A stretch of 64,000 bases of DNA from Antedon mediterranea (taxonomy: Eukaryota; Animalia; Echinodermata), in contig NC_092670.1 in assembly GCF_964355755.1 (NCBI RefSeq), forward strand, positions 34,522,388 through 34,586,387, read 5' to 3'. Position numbers and translations under genes: made by a program. How positions within the stretch are numbered: the stretch's first letter is position 1; each line of letters opens with the position of its first letter. Below are positions 36,191-48,393 of the stretch, piece after piece. The notes beneath the pieces are model-generated. The model had not been told where the DNA came from. It was given only the letters and a program-made list of their open reading frames with translations, and ran no database searches.

Positions 36191-39100
36191 ATGCTTGGGA
36201 TAGATCCAAGATGTGAACTAACTCCTGAAACCGCAAAAAAAGCTAAATCGCAGTTAAACGAAGACGTAAACACAACCGGTGCTGCAATAGACAGCGTACG
36301 CAAACTGTACTATACCCGGTCAGACATTAACTTCCGGCAGAACGATGATCAATTTATCCTAAGATTTTTACGAGCTAGCAAATTCAACCGTGACCGTGCA
36401 TTCCAAATTCTTTGCAACTATTATGCCTTCCGTCAAAAGTACAAAGTATCTTCAGAATCGCTTTCTGCGGAGAATCCCCTTATTCAACAAGCTTTGCTAG
36501 ACGGCTTTCCGGGCGTGCTCAATGATCTAGACGCATTCGGTAGACGAGTGTTTTTGATAAACGCTGTGAATTGGGAATATTGGTTGTACGGATATAAGGA
36601 CATTTTAAAAGCGTTTTTGCTTAGCTTAGAGTTTTTGCATGAAGATGAAAATGTACAAGTAAATGGACTTGTGGTTATTTTGGATTTTAGCGGAGTTCAC
36701 TTCAAACTTGCTTCAAAGGTCACGCCGTCGTTGCTCAAACTAACGATTGAAATGTTTCAGGTATTTTCTAACTTCTACCTCCACTCATTTATGGTGATCG
36801 TTTTTATCATTTAACATTTTATTGTTTCCCTTCCCAATTAATCATGAGGTTCACCATATTTTATTTTTCAAAAATATAATATGGTGAACCTCATGATAAA
36901 GAAGAGCTGTTTATTTTCCAAGTGCTTCCTTACAGTCCTTCGGGACACCTGTATTCATGGGACACCCCTAATGCACTTGTTAATTGTATGATCCACTATA
37001 TGACCCCCAAGAGAGGTGCGTCATGGATGTGTCATTTACAACCCACAATATCATGAACAACATGGTCACATTAATGTGTCATTGTTCTTCAAAATTAGGT
37101 GTGTCGTGGTCACCTAAAGGTAAGTCACTTTTTTGACACAGAGGTGCTTCATGGTATCAGACAAATGACGCACCTCTCCCAGGGGTTGTATAGTGTCATA
37201 CAATTGACGAGTGCACTTTTTTCCATGTCCATTCATTGGACACTACACCCCTTTTTTAAGGGCACACTTAAACCCCTTATTAAGGGGACACACCCCCTAC
37301 TATGGGGACACCTTATGGCTCCCTAATGTGTCCCCTTAATAGAGGTAGTTCTTATTCCTCTTTCATGCACTTTACAATTTCACACACTGCACATTTAATT
37401 GCATGAATAGATAAAATCATTTTCTTGACACATTTTTATGTTTCCTTTTTTTCAATTTTCAGTGTATTATGTATTTTTACCAGGTGCTTTCAAAGTACAT
37501 TTATTTTATGATTTCAAACCTAATTATAATATTTATGTCATGTGATGTTATGTGCCAGGTTTCCTACTGTGATATAAGTGAGTATTTGTTTTGCATGGTT
37601 GTAATGTGCTGTCAATTTTTTTTAGTTTTAGATTTTTTAATCCATGTTTTGAATTTGTTTGCTTTTGTTTTGGCTACTATATTAGTAACATATTCATACA
37701 GGTATAAACCTGTCGAATTAATGAAAATGTTGGGCCTACATGAACACTCAATATACAGTAGCTAACTGTAAAAAATAACAATACTGTACAAATGTATGTA
37801 TGTATGTTTAATTCATGTACACTGTTTACTATACACTAAAGTCTATATTTGCCGTTCACCATATTTTAAGGTCAATTTACACAGACTAGCGGTAATGATA
37901 AGCGAAAAACCGCGTAGCTTTTACAACTGTAGTATCTGTATCTATCCTGAGCAGGTTTCCTCTAAACTGCCCATCCACTTCGCGTTCTGTGTAAAATGAT
38001 CATAAGAAATAACATAGATTCTATATTTTTGTTTTTTCACTTACGGTTATCACTACCACTATGTAAATTACTGTAGGCAGGTTGTAGACATTTAAAATAA
38101 AATAATAAAAACTGTATTGAATATAATATTCTGTAAAATCGTACGTAAGGAGGAAATTCGTGGAAAGAATGAAATGAATAAAATATAGATTATATAACTA
38201 TATCATTGTGAAGTTAGACATAAAGTAAATTTCAAAATGTTGTGATGTTTTGTTCTGGAGTAACGTGCCATGCAATCCCGTTAAACAATATTTTATTTTC
38301 TCGTTGTTTAGGATTGTTTTCCTTGTCGTCTTGGTGCGTTACACATTATAAATCAGCGTTGGTTTGTGGAGACGGCTATCAAGCTTTGTAAACCGTTTTT
38401 GAAAGACGGAATCAAAAAGAAGGTAGGGCCTACTACAACTATTTAGCATAATCATTTACTTCCTGCAAGTGGTGCACTTCATGTCTTCAATTAGTCTGTG
38501 ATATTTGTTTTTTTACAAAAGAATCTAAAGCTTGTTGTCTACAGGATTGTAATTGTTTGTAACTACTGTGGAGTAGCTTTGCATCAGGGTGTTGAGTAAT
38601 TGGTCAGATGTTTTGCCCTACTCTGACGTAATTTGGTCTTCATATTAAGTACATTGAGATTACTTGCCAAAAAATAAGTAAAGTAATTCTTGGGTGGGAC
38701 TCACGATCTCCAGATCACTAGCCTGGCTTTCATATGTACTTCTAGACCACCGAGCTTGCACTGATGGCTAGGGGTTAGATTCGAGCCTAAGTATTACCAC
38801 CCAAGAATTACTTCTTTTTATTTAGATATATGTTCACGGTAACAACTTATCAACCCTTCACTACATGGTTCATAAGGAGATATTACCTACAGAGCTAGGC
38901 GGACTCAAACCACCCTATAATCACTTCTCATGGGCTAAGCAGCTGATTGGTTGCAACTACAGGCCAGGGAAAAATGTCAATGCTTGCGAAAACAACAACG
39001 CCACACCGGAATTAGTAAGGTAGGAAGAGTGACATAGTGGTTGAGTGGCTTGCCATTGTGCCTGATGGTTTTTGGTCAAATCTTCCAGTACTACTACTAA

Positions 39101-40246
39101 ATACTAGTAAGAATAAGATGCTCGTAGGTGGATACAAGAGGAAGGGTGGGGGAGAATGGCAGAAATCCTTTTTTTTTTTTCGTTTAAGGTTTTTTCAATA
39201 ATTTCACACTTGTTTTATAGACAAATATTTTTTATTAACTCATCTAAAAACATTTAAAGTTACATATGCTTTTTCTTTTTAAGGTTGTTTAAATAACCTC
39301 GCACTTATTAATAATTATATTTTCTTATGCTATTACAGTATGTTTGAAATAATTAATTATCAACCTCCTTCATAATTTTTGTTATTCGAACATTGATAAA
39401 TTTTGAGAACTCTTTTTTGTATTGTTGCCACAGCTGATGGCCAATTGATTGTGTTTTTGGAAATGAACTAAAACAACAACAAAAAAGAAATCCTGGAGCC
39501 GCCACTACTATTGCTTAATAGAGACTTTACGAAACACGACAGTTAAGGGAGGACGACGAATATCCTGTGTTCGCTAGAGTGTAAAATCATATAAAGTCGA
39601 CATAGCAGTTTTATTAGTTACTCACCCTTCTAGCGCGAAGACGACGACCGGCAGTATCTCTCTCCGATTCCTTCCCCCTGTCTCGTGGCGCAGGACCCTT
39701 CTGAATTTCTGAATTGCTTGTCTCTTGTGATACAGCATGGCCTAGCTTTCGTAGCTAGGGGCCTCGCATTCAAACGCCGCTTTTAACACCGCCATTTTAA
39801 CCCAATAAAAATGTTATTTCATTAAACAATTAAATAAGAAGTTTAAATATTATTTCGAGTTTTGAAATTTCCATGTTTAAGTGTAATTTGAACTGTATAG
39901 TTTAGTTTATTTCTAGTCATTCTCCATAAATGGGAAAATGACGGAATTTCACACTAAGCTCCACCCACTTTGTTAAAGCTCATGCATAAATTATTCATTA
40001 GCACCATCCTCTGGCTTCCCAGACACCTATCACAACATTCCACCTGTCTCTGTCTTTCTTTTAATATGCTTTTAATACTGTACATACATGACTTTTTTTT
40101 CCAGAGCAAGGCGGGTCGAATTGGTACATCCATCAGCAAACGATGTCGGGCCGATGACGGCGGTTGATGATGCGTTGCGGATGGAGCCATTACCGTCGGA
40201 CGAGAACGAGGAATTGGAAGAAATGATGCTATTCCTCGACTACTGA
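36191..40246 (+). CDS. CLVS: Clavesin-like CRAL-TRIO/Sec14 lipid-binding protein, 338 aa, 4 coding exons
   Basis: Exons 36191-36760, 38312-38422, 38826-39019 and 40105-40246, GT-AG with consistent phases. Motifs LTPETAKKAKSQLNE, DDQFILRFLRASKF, QALLDGFPGVL, QVNGLVVILDFSG, DCFPCRLGALH and HGNNLSTLH...ILPTELGG. Acidic C-terminus ends MMLFLDY, resembling the clavesin clathrin box. 5' UTR intron 35732-36152. Confidence 0.88.
36841..36897. other. 57-nt near-perfect hairpin in a clavesin intron
   Basis: ATCATGAGGTTCACCATATT (36841-36860) is the exact reverse complement of AATATGGTGAACCTCATGAT (36878-36897). Confidence 0.8.
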
Positions 40247-40293
40247 TTTAGCAGCTGTTCCTAATCTACAAATTGACTGCATGTTCTACAAAC

Positions 40294-40414
40294 GTCTCTG
40301 TCTACACTTTATGTGACAACAAATGTGATGTGCCCATATATAGACATGATGATGGCATATCACACAAAAATCATACATTTTTTGTCAAACTAGTTTGATA
40401 GTGTAGACAGACAT
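40294..40414. mobile_element. MITE family A copy ~50 nt after the clavesin stop codon
   Basis: CTCTGTCTACAC ... GTTTGATAGTGTAGACAG with the family core. Confidence 0.75.
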
Positions 40415-41077
40415 TAAGCACAAGGTAAAACACAACAAAGTAGGACTGAATCTGCACGGCTACTACCTAGGCCTACTGCTGGTGTTTTACAATTGTATGC
40501 ATCATTGAACATAGCACAAAACTCGCACATACTGGTTTCTATTCTACGTATTCCGTAAAGGTAACCACGACTAGTTACAATCTATTACACTGTCAACATA
40601 AGCGCTTGCACACTGGTTCCTTTCAGATCTGTTCAGTTGCTTGAAAAGTCAGTATAAGCGCTCTTCCTTTCTGTTGAGCTGAGTTCCGTATTGACATAAG
40701 CTTACCTTAATGTTATTAGAATGTGTTGTCATTATATTTACTTTTTGAATATGTTATAAACACTTTTTGGTTTTTATTTTATTAATTCGTAATATAATTA
40801 TGGGCTTCTATTTTGAAATATGTTTAGGGTGCTTATAACTTATTTACTAAAAAATACTTTCATAAAACATATTTGTATAAACAGTACAGTAATTTTCTTT
40901 CATAACTGTTAATAGGTTGATTTATGTATTATTTATGTATAAGTTATTCTATTACATATAATGTAAAAATTAATTTATAATACACAACAGCCTAAAAAAC
41001 AATTTTCAATTCACCTCACAAACTATAATTTGTGTCAAATGTATTACAATATACAACATACATATGAAATTAAAATC

Positions 41078-41255
41078 CTGTGGCCGTATTCACCATTCAC
41101 ACTTTTTTTTAAAAATCTCCTATCTAAGTGAATACAATTTAAGGGAAATACTAATATTTATTTAGTTAAGTACAATACTTAATATTTATTTAGTTAAGTA
41201 CAATACTTAATATTTAAGGGAAATAGAAGTGTGAATATGGTGAATACGGCCACAG
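41078..41255. mobile_element. MITE with 4-bp TSD (AATC)
   Basis: TIR CTGTGGCCGTATTCACCAT / ATGGTGAATACGGCCACAG; AATC at 41074-41077 and 41256-41259. Confidence 0.78.
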
Positions 41256-42351
41256 AATCCACCACTGTTGTGTTGATAAAGGCCTTGCAACCCAAATCAA
41301 CTCTAAAACAAAATTTTAGTCAATTATTGAAGCCTTAGCAAGCTGTATAGTTATGCAAATGACCTGACACCTGGATAGGTCATGTGATGCTTAATACCAT
41401 TGATTTGTAACGCCATCAATCTGTTTTTATTTTTTGTGTATATAATTGATTTCCGATTGTAAAACAATGGACAGTGTCATTTTTGTACGAATACTACACT
41501 TATTGTAGCATATGAAATTGAATGTAAATTAAAATTGCCAATTTAAACAGAAATAAGTAAATATATCGTCACTATCCGTGAATAAGTGCATTATATCGTC
41601 AATATTCAAAACCTTGTATCTCTGTTTTTTTTTCTGAAATTGACTTTTTGTAGCCAATATGTTTAGGGTCACTGTGAAAAAAATGGCGAAATTTTAAGAA
41701 ATAGCCAATGAGAAAGAAGAATTTGTTTTTGTCGGAAAGTGTATATTTTTGTGGCTCATACAAGTAAAGGTTTTGAATGGAAAAAAAAAAACCATTAATG
41801 AAAAAATAATTCTAAATACTTGTTTCAAAACAAAATTGTAGTGATTTATTTATTATCTTTTTATATTTTATTAGAAAAAAATAATTCTAAATACTTGTTT
41901 AAAAACAAAATTGTATTCATTTATTTATTATTATTTGTTATATTTATTAGAATCTGGGAATTTTTTTTATTCATTACCAATTTTCAAATACGGTCTTATC
42001 CTGATAAACTAGGCACAAAATAGATTATTTTTAGTAGAGATACAAGGTTTTGATAGAATATTGATGACATTGGTTATCTACTTTGTTAAAAAATAATGAT
42101 GCTTTCCAGCATTTTTGTTTCCTTTTTGTACCAGAATGATTTATATGGTTACTAGTAGTTAAATGAATAAGTGCTTATTTCAAATGCGTCATTCTCATTT
42201 GCGTTCAGTCTGCTCCGACTTCATTATATTCTAGTGCCTTACCTCTATAGGAAATTAATTAAAGCTATAGTTGTTTGGCTCTGCTTAGAAACCTTGAACT
42301 ATTTATCATTGCATTTGTTCACTCATGTACAACAGATACCCAAACTAATAA

Positions 42352-42650
42352 AGCTCTGTCTACACTATCAAACTTTATGTACCAAAAAATGTGATGTGCC
42401 CATGGACATGATGATGTCATATCACTACCATATTTAAGCATATCACTACCATATTTGGGCACATCACACTATTTTGTCAAACTAGACAGAGCTTAATATA
42501 TTCTCATAATGTGTTTTCTAGTTTGACAAAAAATGTGTTATGTGCCCAAATATGGTAGTGATATGCCCAAATATGGTAGTGATATGATGCCATCATTTCC
42601 ATATATGGGCACATCACATTTTTTTGTCACATAAAGTTTGATAATGTCTA
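42352..42650. mobile_element. MITE family A, one near-complete copy (42352-42493) and one partial inverted copy (~42518-42650)
   Basis: Family TIR and core; TAA on both sides of the first copy. Confidence 0.8.
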
Positions 42651-43939
42651 TTGCACTATTGTAATTTGTAAGACCAAAATTAGTAAAAAGATAAATATTT
42701 TGGCACATAAGGCATTTCATACTTATAATACTTGAGCGCCACAATTCTATATATCCAGACAAATATCTAAGCAGTGACTGGTGGACTATAACTACAGACT
42801 TGGTGCAAATCTAAATGTGTCTGTATATTTGCCAAGAATTCCATAGTTGTGCAAGTGTCTTTTTTTTAATAAGAAGCTAATTATTAATAGAGACTGAGTG
42901 AATCGTTCCAGGTACTCCATTTAATCAAGCTGTTACTTAAAAAGAAATGTTGTCATCTATACTGTTTTGTTTTGTTAATATTATATTATTTTACAAAAAT
43001 ACCTTTCATTATAAGTGTACTTTGAACTGTTTTTATGTTTCAAACGTTCCAAAAATTTCATTCATTTTTAAACAATGCAATTTATGTTAAATTGGTATGT
43101 GACCAAATATAGTCCTATGGGGCCTAAAATGATATTTGAGAACAATTAGGGCTTGGATTACAATTGGATTACATTAACAATGAAATTGACCAAATTTTTG
43201 TGTCCGAATTTAGCCTAAATTAAGGAGCGGGATTATAAAAAGTATTGGGATTATATTCGGTTGTGTTTTTCAACGTTATTTTGTACATTTTATATTTGTT
43301 TCTTAATTTTATTTCCATTAATAATTTTAAAAACAATTTTAATTAATTTAATCAAAATGCATATTTAATTTGTTTGTGTTTTATTTCAAAACAATGCAAT
43401 TTACTTTTAATTTGTGCATTTTGTGGTTTAATGGTTGTTATGGCAATTTTACTGGTTTCTTAGTTTTTATAACATTTTAATTACATTTATAAATTCATAT
43501 TAAATTTACGTTAATTATTAAGGAAATTCAAGTAGTAATTTAGTATATTAAGGTTGTTCTGTGCCGATTATTGAATTCACAATAAAGTGAACTGACATAT
43601 TAAACATTTTAAGTGGTAGTTATTTATATGAGGCTTATTTCTTTGTTAAAAATCAAAATACAAACAAACCATAAAAACAACATACAGCGGGATTGTGTAG
43701 TTTTATGTAAATTACATGTAAATATTATGTAAAGTAACTACCAACAAAAAAGTGTTTGTTTAGGTAAACAAACTATCGTAAAGAGTATTGCTGCTGTAAT
43801 TTTATGTAAACAAACTGTACCAACATGTAAATTATACAAAATAAAGTAGCGTTGGTACAGTTTGTTTACATGTAAACAAACTTTAGAGGTAAAGGTATTT
43901 ATTATCACCCTCAAGCTTAATTTCAAACTAAGGACATTC

Positions 43940-44427
43940 AGATTAGGCCTTCTACAGACCCACTGCAGTCAGCACACCGGGAAAATCTAAATAGTGTAAG
44001 TTAATTCTTCTTTCCACTGGAAAGGCCTCTTCACCAATTGACCATTCACTTCTGTCTCTACTAGCTACTCTTTGCCATGCAATGCCACCATGTGTTGTTA
44101 GTTCATCCCTCCATCTCATATTCTGTCTCCCTCTGCCTCTTTTGTAGGTTCTTGGAGTCCAATTTGTCAGTCTGTTGTCATATCTTCTGGCCAGATTTTC
44201 CTGCTCACCTCCATTTCTTTGATTTTATGCTGCTTATTATGTCCTGAACTCCTGATTTAAATCTGAGATTTGTTTTTGACACTTTATCTTTCTTTGTGAC
44301 ACCTATTAGTACGCTTTCCATTGCCCTTTCTGTTACTCTCAGTCTTTTTTCAAAATGCTTAGTAATGGTCCATGTTTCCGAACTGTAGATAAGGGTTGGT
44401 ATGATGCATTGGTTGAAGACCTTTCTT
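43940..44427 (-). mobile_element. Degraded 3' fragment of an RTE-clade LINE
   Basis: Minus-strand translation RKVFNQCIIPTLIYSSETWTITK...LRVTERAMESVLIG...KSKKWR*AG...WTPR...RGRGRQNMRWRDEL...EEAF is typical of the RTE ORF C-terminus. It contains stops and frameshifts. Confidence 0.82.
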
Positions 44428-47400
44428 GTAAGTTAATTAACATGCAGTATATGTCTCATCAAAACAGCAACAGAAAGTAGTGTTACAGTTTATTTACATG
44501 TAAACCAACTTAATTATCTGCACATTGCACATCAATTAAAATAAACCAGGAAAGAGTCCAATACAGTACAACTTCACTCTTCCTTCCCTAAATAAGTGAA
44601 GTGCCTCTGTACAGATTTCCTAATTGATGATGCTTTGCTACCTAAACCTGTTGAACGTAGAAGTGAGAAACTTGTTTTCAGACATGAGAAGTCTTGTACT
44701 AATGCTTTTTTTTATTCTGTTTTTATTTCATTTCCACGGATGTGGGATGAGATTCCGGTATATATAACAGACATGTTTATTTATAATGATTGCAATTTTT
44801 ATTCTGTTTTATATAAATTCTATGTTACCGGGTTGTTAAATGTTTATCCTTGTTAATGTTATTTTGCCACCAGCACTATCAGGAGAGTCTTTTATAGCGA
44901 TATTTTTTGCTTTTTGACAATCCGCCAGGATAGTGTTCTGCGCTTTTTCTCTGCTTGCTGTTGTTCTATGTAATATATGCTTTTTGTATTATTTTTTCTG
45001 GATAATAAATGAATAAACTACAGCAATAATACACCATACAAAATTCAGTTTTTTCTTATTTTTATTTTTCAAACCAGGTCAGATACAACATCAAGGTTTT
45101 ATAGAAACAATTCATTAAGTTTTTCATCAAGGTTAAAAACTTTCAGATTCAGATTCATATGTTGTATCACGGGGAATTATTTACAATAAATAAGTTCCTT
45201 CATGGTTTTATCATGTTTGTTTTAAAATATTTACAATTTAAGAAGTAAACTTTTTTTGCAAAACATATTGAAAAATACAGAGAAAGTTATAGATAATTCA
45301 ACCATTTCTAATTACATAAAATATTAATAATATACAGTGAACTTGGTATATTATATTTGAATTACAGATTCTTGCATTCGCACTGGCCTTATTTTAGTAA
45401 CATTTTACCGAGAGCCCGGGAATGGCAATCTTATTGAATCCTGTCCACACACACAATTTCTTGGCGCTGTGAGTTTTGCAAGTTGTGGTATGATTTCAGA
45501 ATCATAAAAAGCGAAGTGTCCTTGTGTGTATGGCGAGTTTCAACGATTGGATTTTTGGCAAGTGGTGGGGAGTCTACCGGACAAGTAGGACTGGGGGTGG
45601 GGAAACTTATTGTGCAGCTCGGTATAAGTCTTCCCGCCAGATATAGTTACTCCCAGGATGTTCCCACAGTTCTAAGTTCCCATTATTCAAAACCTCACAA
45701 GTTGTAATGATAGGACATCAAATTAAGCTCAGCCCTTCATTTTATCATTTTTAGGCCCTGGGCATCCACTATTTCAAAATCATGGATTCGCCACTGCCTA
45801 CTATTTAGTCGGTAAAGTCTTAACAAAAAAGTTCATTGCGGTTACAGCTAAAGATTTATAACTCCAATATAAAACAGTTAAATTAACTCCAATACAAAAC
45901 AGTTAAATTAATACAAACATTATATAATTGTGTGCTTTCGTGGAATATTAAAAGGATACAGGATTTACAAACACTATATATACATCCCTCGAGAATGGAC
46001 AAAAATATATATTGGATTAAAAAGTATTACTATTATAGTCCATTAGTAAAAATTATTGTGCAACCAAATGTTTTTATTAATTTTAATTTTGGAAGATAAA
46101 TAGCAAAATAAATAGAATAAATACATGCATACACAATGGTCAATCATGTGGTCTCAGACCTTTTTCCCAAAAACAATGTTTTTTTTTAAAACAACTGCTC
46201 AGGTAATACTAATTTTTTATTAGACTTTTTTAATTAACAAAACATTTAGGAATCAGTTTGGAATGGATAAACATACATTTAGAATCACAATGTGTGTGGA
46301 ATGAATATTTTATGGTTCTGGAAAACTGTTTAAATATTTTAAAATAATTTTTACTGTGTATCCAAAAAAAATAATTGTTTGCACAAACACCCGATTCTAG
46401 GTGCTGTATCTCCACATATGACAATATTTGGCAAGTATCATAGGCAAATCCTTAATACAGCATCTCATGTGTACCACACTGTATCTCTATGGAAGGTTAG
46501 GTAGATTTAGGTTAGGGTATAATATGATCCAGGCGTCACATGTGTAACACATGAGATGGTGTATCAAACAATTTGCCTATCGCACGGGACAAATTTAGAT
46601 ACAGTTCCAAGAATCGCCTGTAACAAAAGCTATACAAGGGCCTATGATTGGTTAATGTAAGTTAAAATATACAAGGTTTGACAATACAGCAGAATATACA
46701 ATTATACACATTATAAATGTACAATATATAAAATACAACAACAGATCAATATGTTAATTACAACTATTATATTAGTGTAGAATATTCACATAATAAAATA
46801 CATTATTAAATAAAACAAATAGTAACAAAAGAGAACAAACTTAATATAAATGGACCATTTTCTGAGAAAGAGCTTGAAATGTTACGGTTGAACGGTTGTG
46901 AAGAGAAATAAGACGTTGGTACAGAAGAGAACCTCTTTTTAAGGGCCACCTTAGGGACCTAAAAAAGTGTTTCCTTAAAATGTGTGTATTAGGTTGCCTG
47001 AAGTGCTCATAAACGCAGAGGCCTGAAGCTTTTGGTTTAGGGACACTACATAGCTCCAAACACTGAGAACCTCAGGCATTTTGAATGCTTTTTCTTCTTC
47101 TGGGCCCCGCTAAGGGACCCCCATAATCTCTGGCACCCCTGGGTTTAGCCAGTAAGCACTCATAGCCACTGCACCACTGAAAGGAGGGTTGTAATATGTA
47201 ACTTAGTACTAAGGTGGAACTAAGGTGGATCTGAGGTGGAAAAACGTTTTTATAATGTAATCACGGTAAGTTTTTTTAAATTGTATTGGTTACATAAAGG
47301 TGAAATGAGTTTTGTCTTTTTGTTCAACTGAACTATGATTACCATTACATTATTTGTTCTTTCTCAGAAGATAATTCATCTTCAAACTCAAAATTACAAA

Positions 47401-47674
47401 ACTGCTATAATTGTACTGACTGTACAATTCAAACATTTTCGCACAGCAAGCCAAAAAAAAAATATACATCACAAAATATTGGTAAATATCTATTATATAC
47501 AACACTGTGGAAGAAAATATTATCTTTCCAAAAGTAAAAAAAAAAATACATTAAAAAAAATATTTTAATTGGTGGTTTCAGTTAATTACAGGAAACTACT
47601 TAACAACTATTCACAAACTATTTTTACAAATTAAACAAGAATAAAATAAATAGGTGTGGGAAGTGTTTAAATCT

Positions 47675-47881
47675 CCAAAGAGTTTTTATATAGATTGGCT
47701 AGAGGGTGGACTCCAATGTTATCATCATGGTTCAAAAAGTGAATATTTATGGTGAGGGAAGCAACAAGATGGCGGCGACCATTCAATACGCCAGTCGTGC
47801 CTCCTAAGCAGTCACGCACTACTACTAATGATTTACAGCGGCATATTTATGGTTCCCTCTAGCCAATCTATAACTCTTTGG
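47675..47881. mobile_element. Inverted-repeat-bounded element carrying a YY1-like motif
   Basis: CCAAAGAGTT..ATAGATTGGCTAGAGGG / CCCTCTAGCCAATCTATAACTCTTTGG with internal CAAGATGGCGGC. No clear TSD. Confidence 0.62.
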
Positions 47882-48231
47882 TTTTTCCCCACTTTTTCTA
47901 ACTAGTATAATGTATATTATTAAGTATTTAAAATCTAGTGCATATTTCAAGTGAAGACACATAGGAGTGATATTTTTTTGGCCCGGTTAGCGAAAATAAA
48001 ATTATTTAAATACTGTAGCATCTTATAACAATATAAATCTTTTCCTCTTTTCTATATAACTCTGTTCAAGATGATATTACATTTCTTTGGTTACCTTACC
48101 TTTCCCACTAAAGTTAATTATTTTGCTAATTTTTTTCAGGCAATACAGAAAACAACTGCTCTACACTTTGTTCCCGCTTCCTTTTGAAGCATTAATGTGA
48201 TATGATGCATTATATATTTTTCACACTATAA

Positions 48232-48393
48232 AGCCCTGTCTACACTATCAAACTAGTTTAACAAAAAAAGTGTGATGTGCCCAAATGTGGTAGTAATATA
48301 CCCAAATATGATAGTGATATGACATCATAATGTCCATATATGTGCACATCACATTTTTTTTGTCATATAAAATTTGATAGTGTAGACAGAGCT
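48232..48393. mobile_element. MITE family A, full-length copy
   Basis: TAA-AGCCCTGTCTACACTATCAAA ... TTTGATAGTGTAGACAGAGCT-TAA. Confidence 0.88.
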
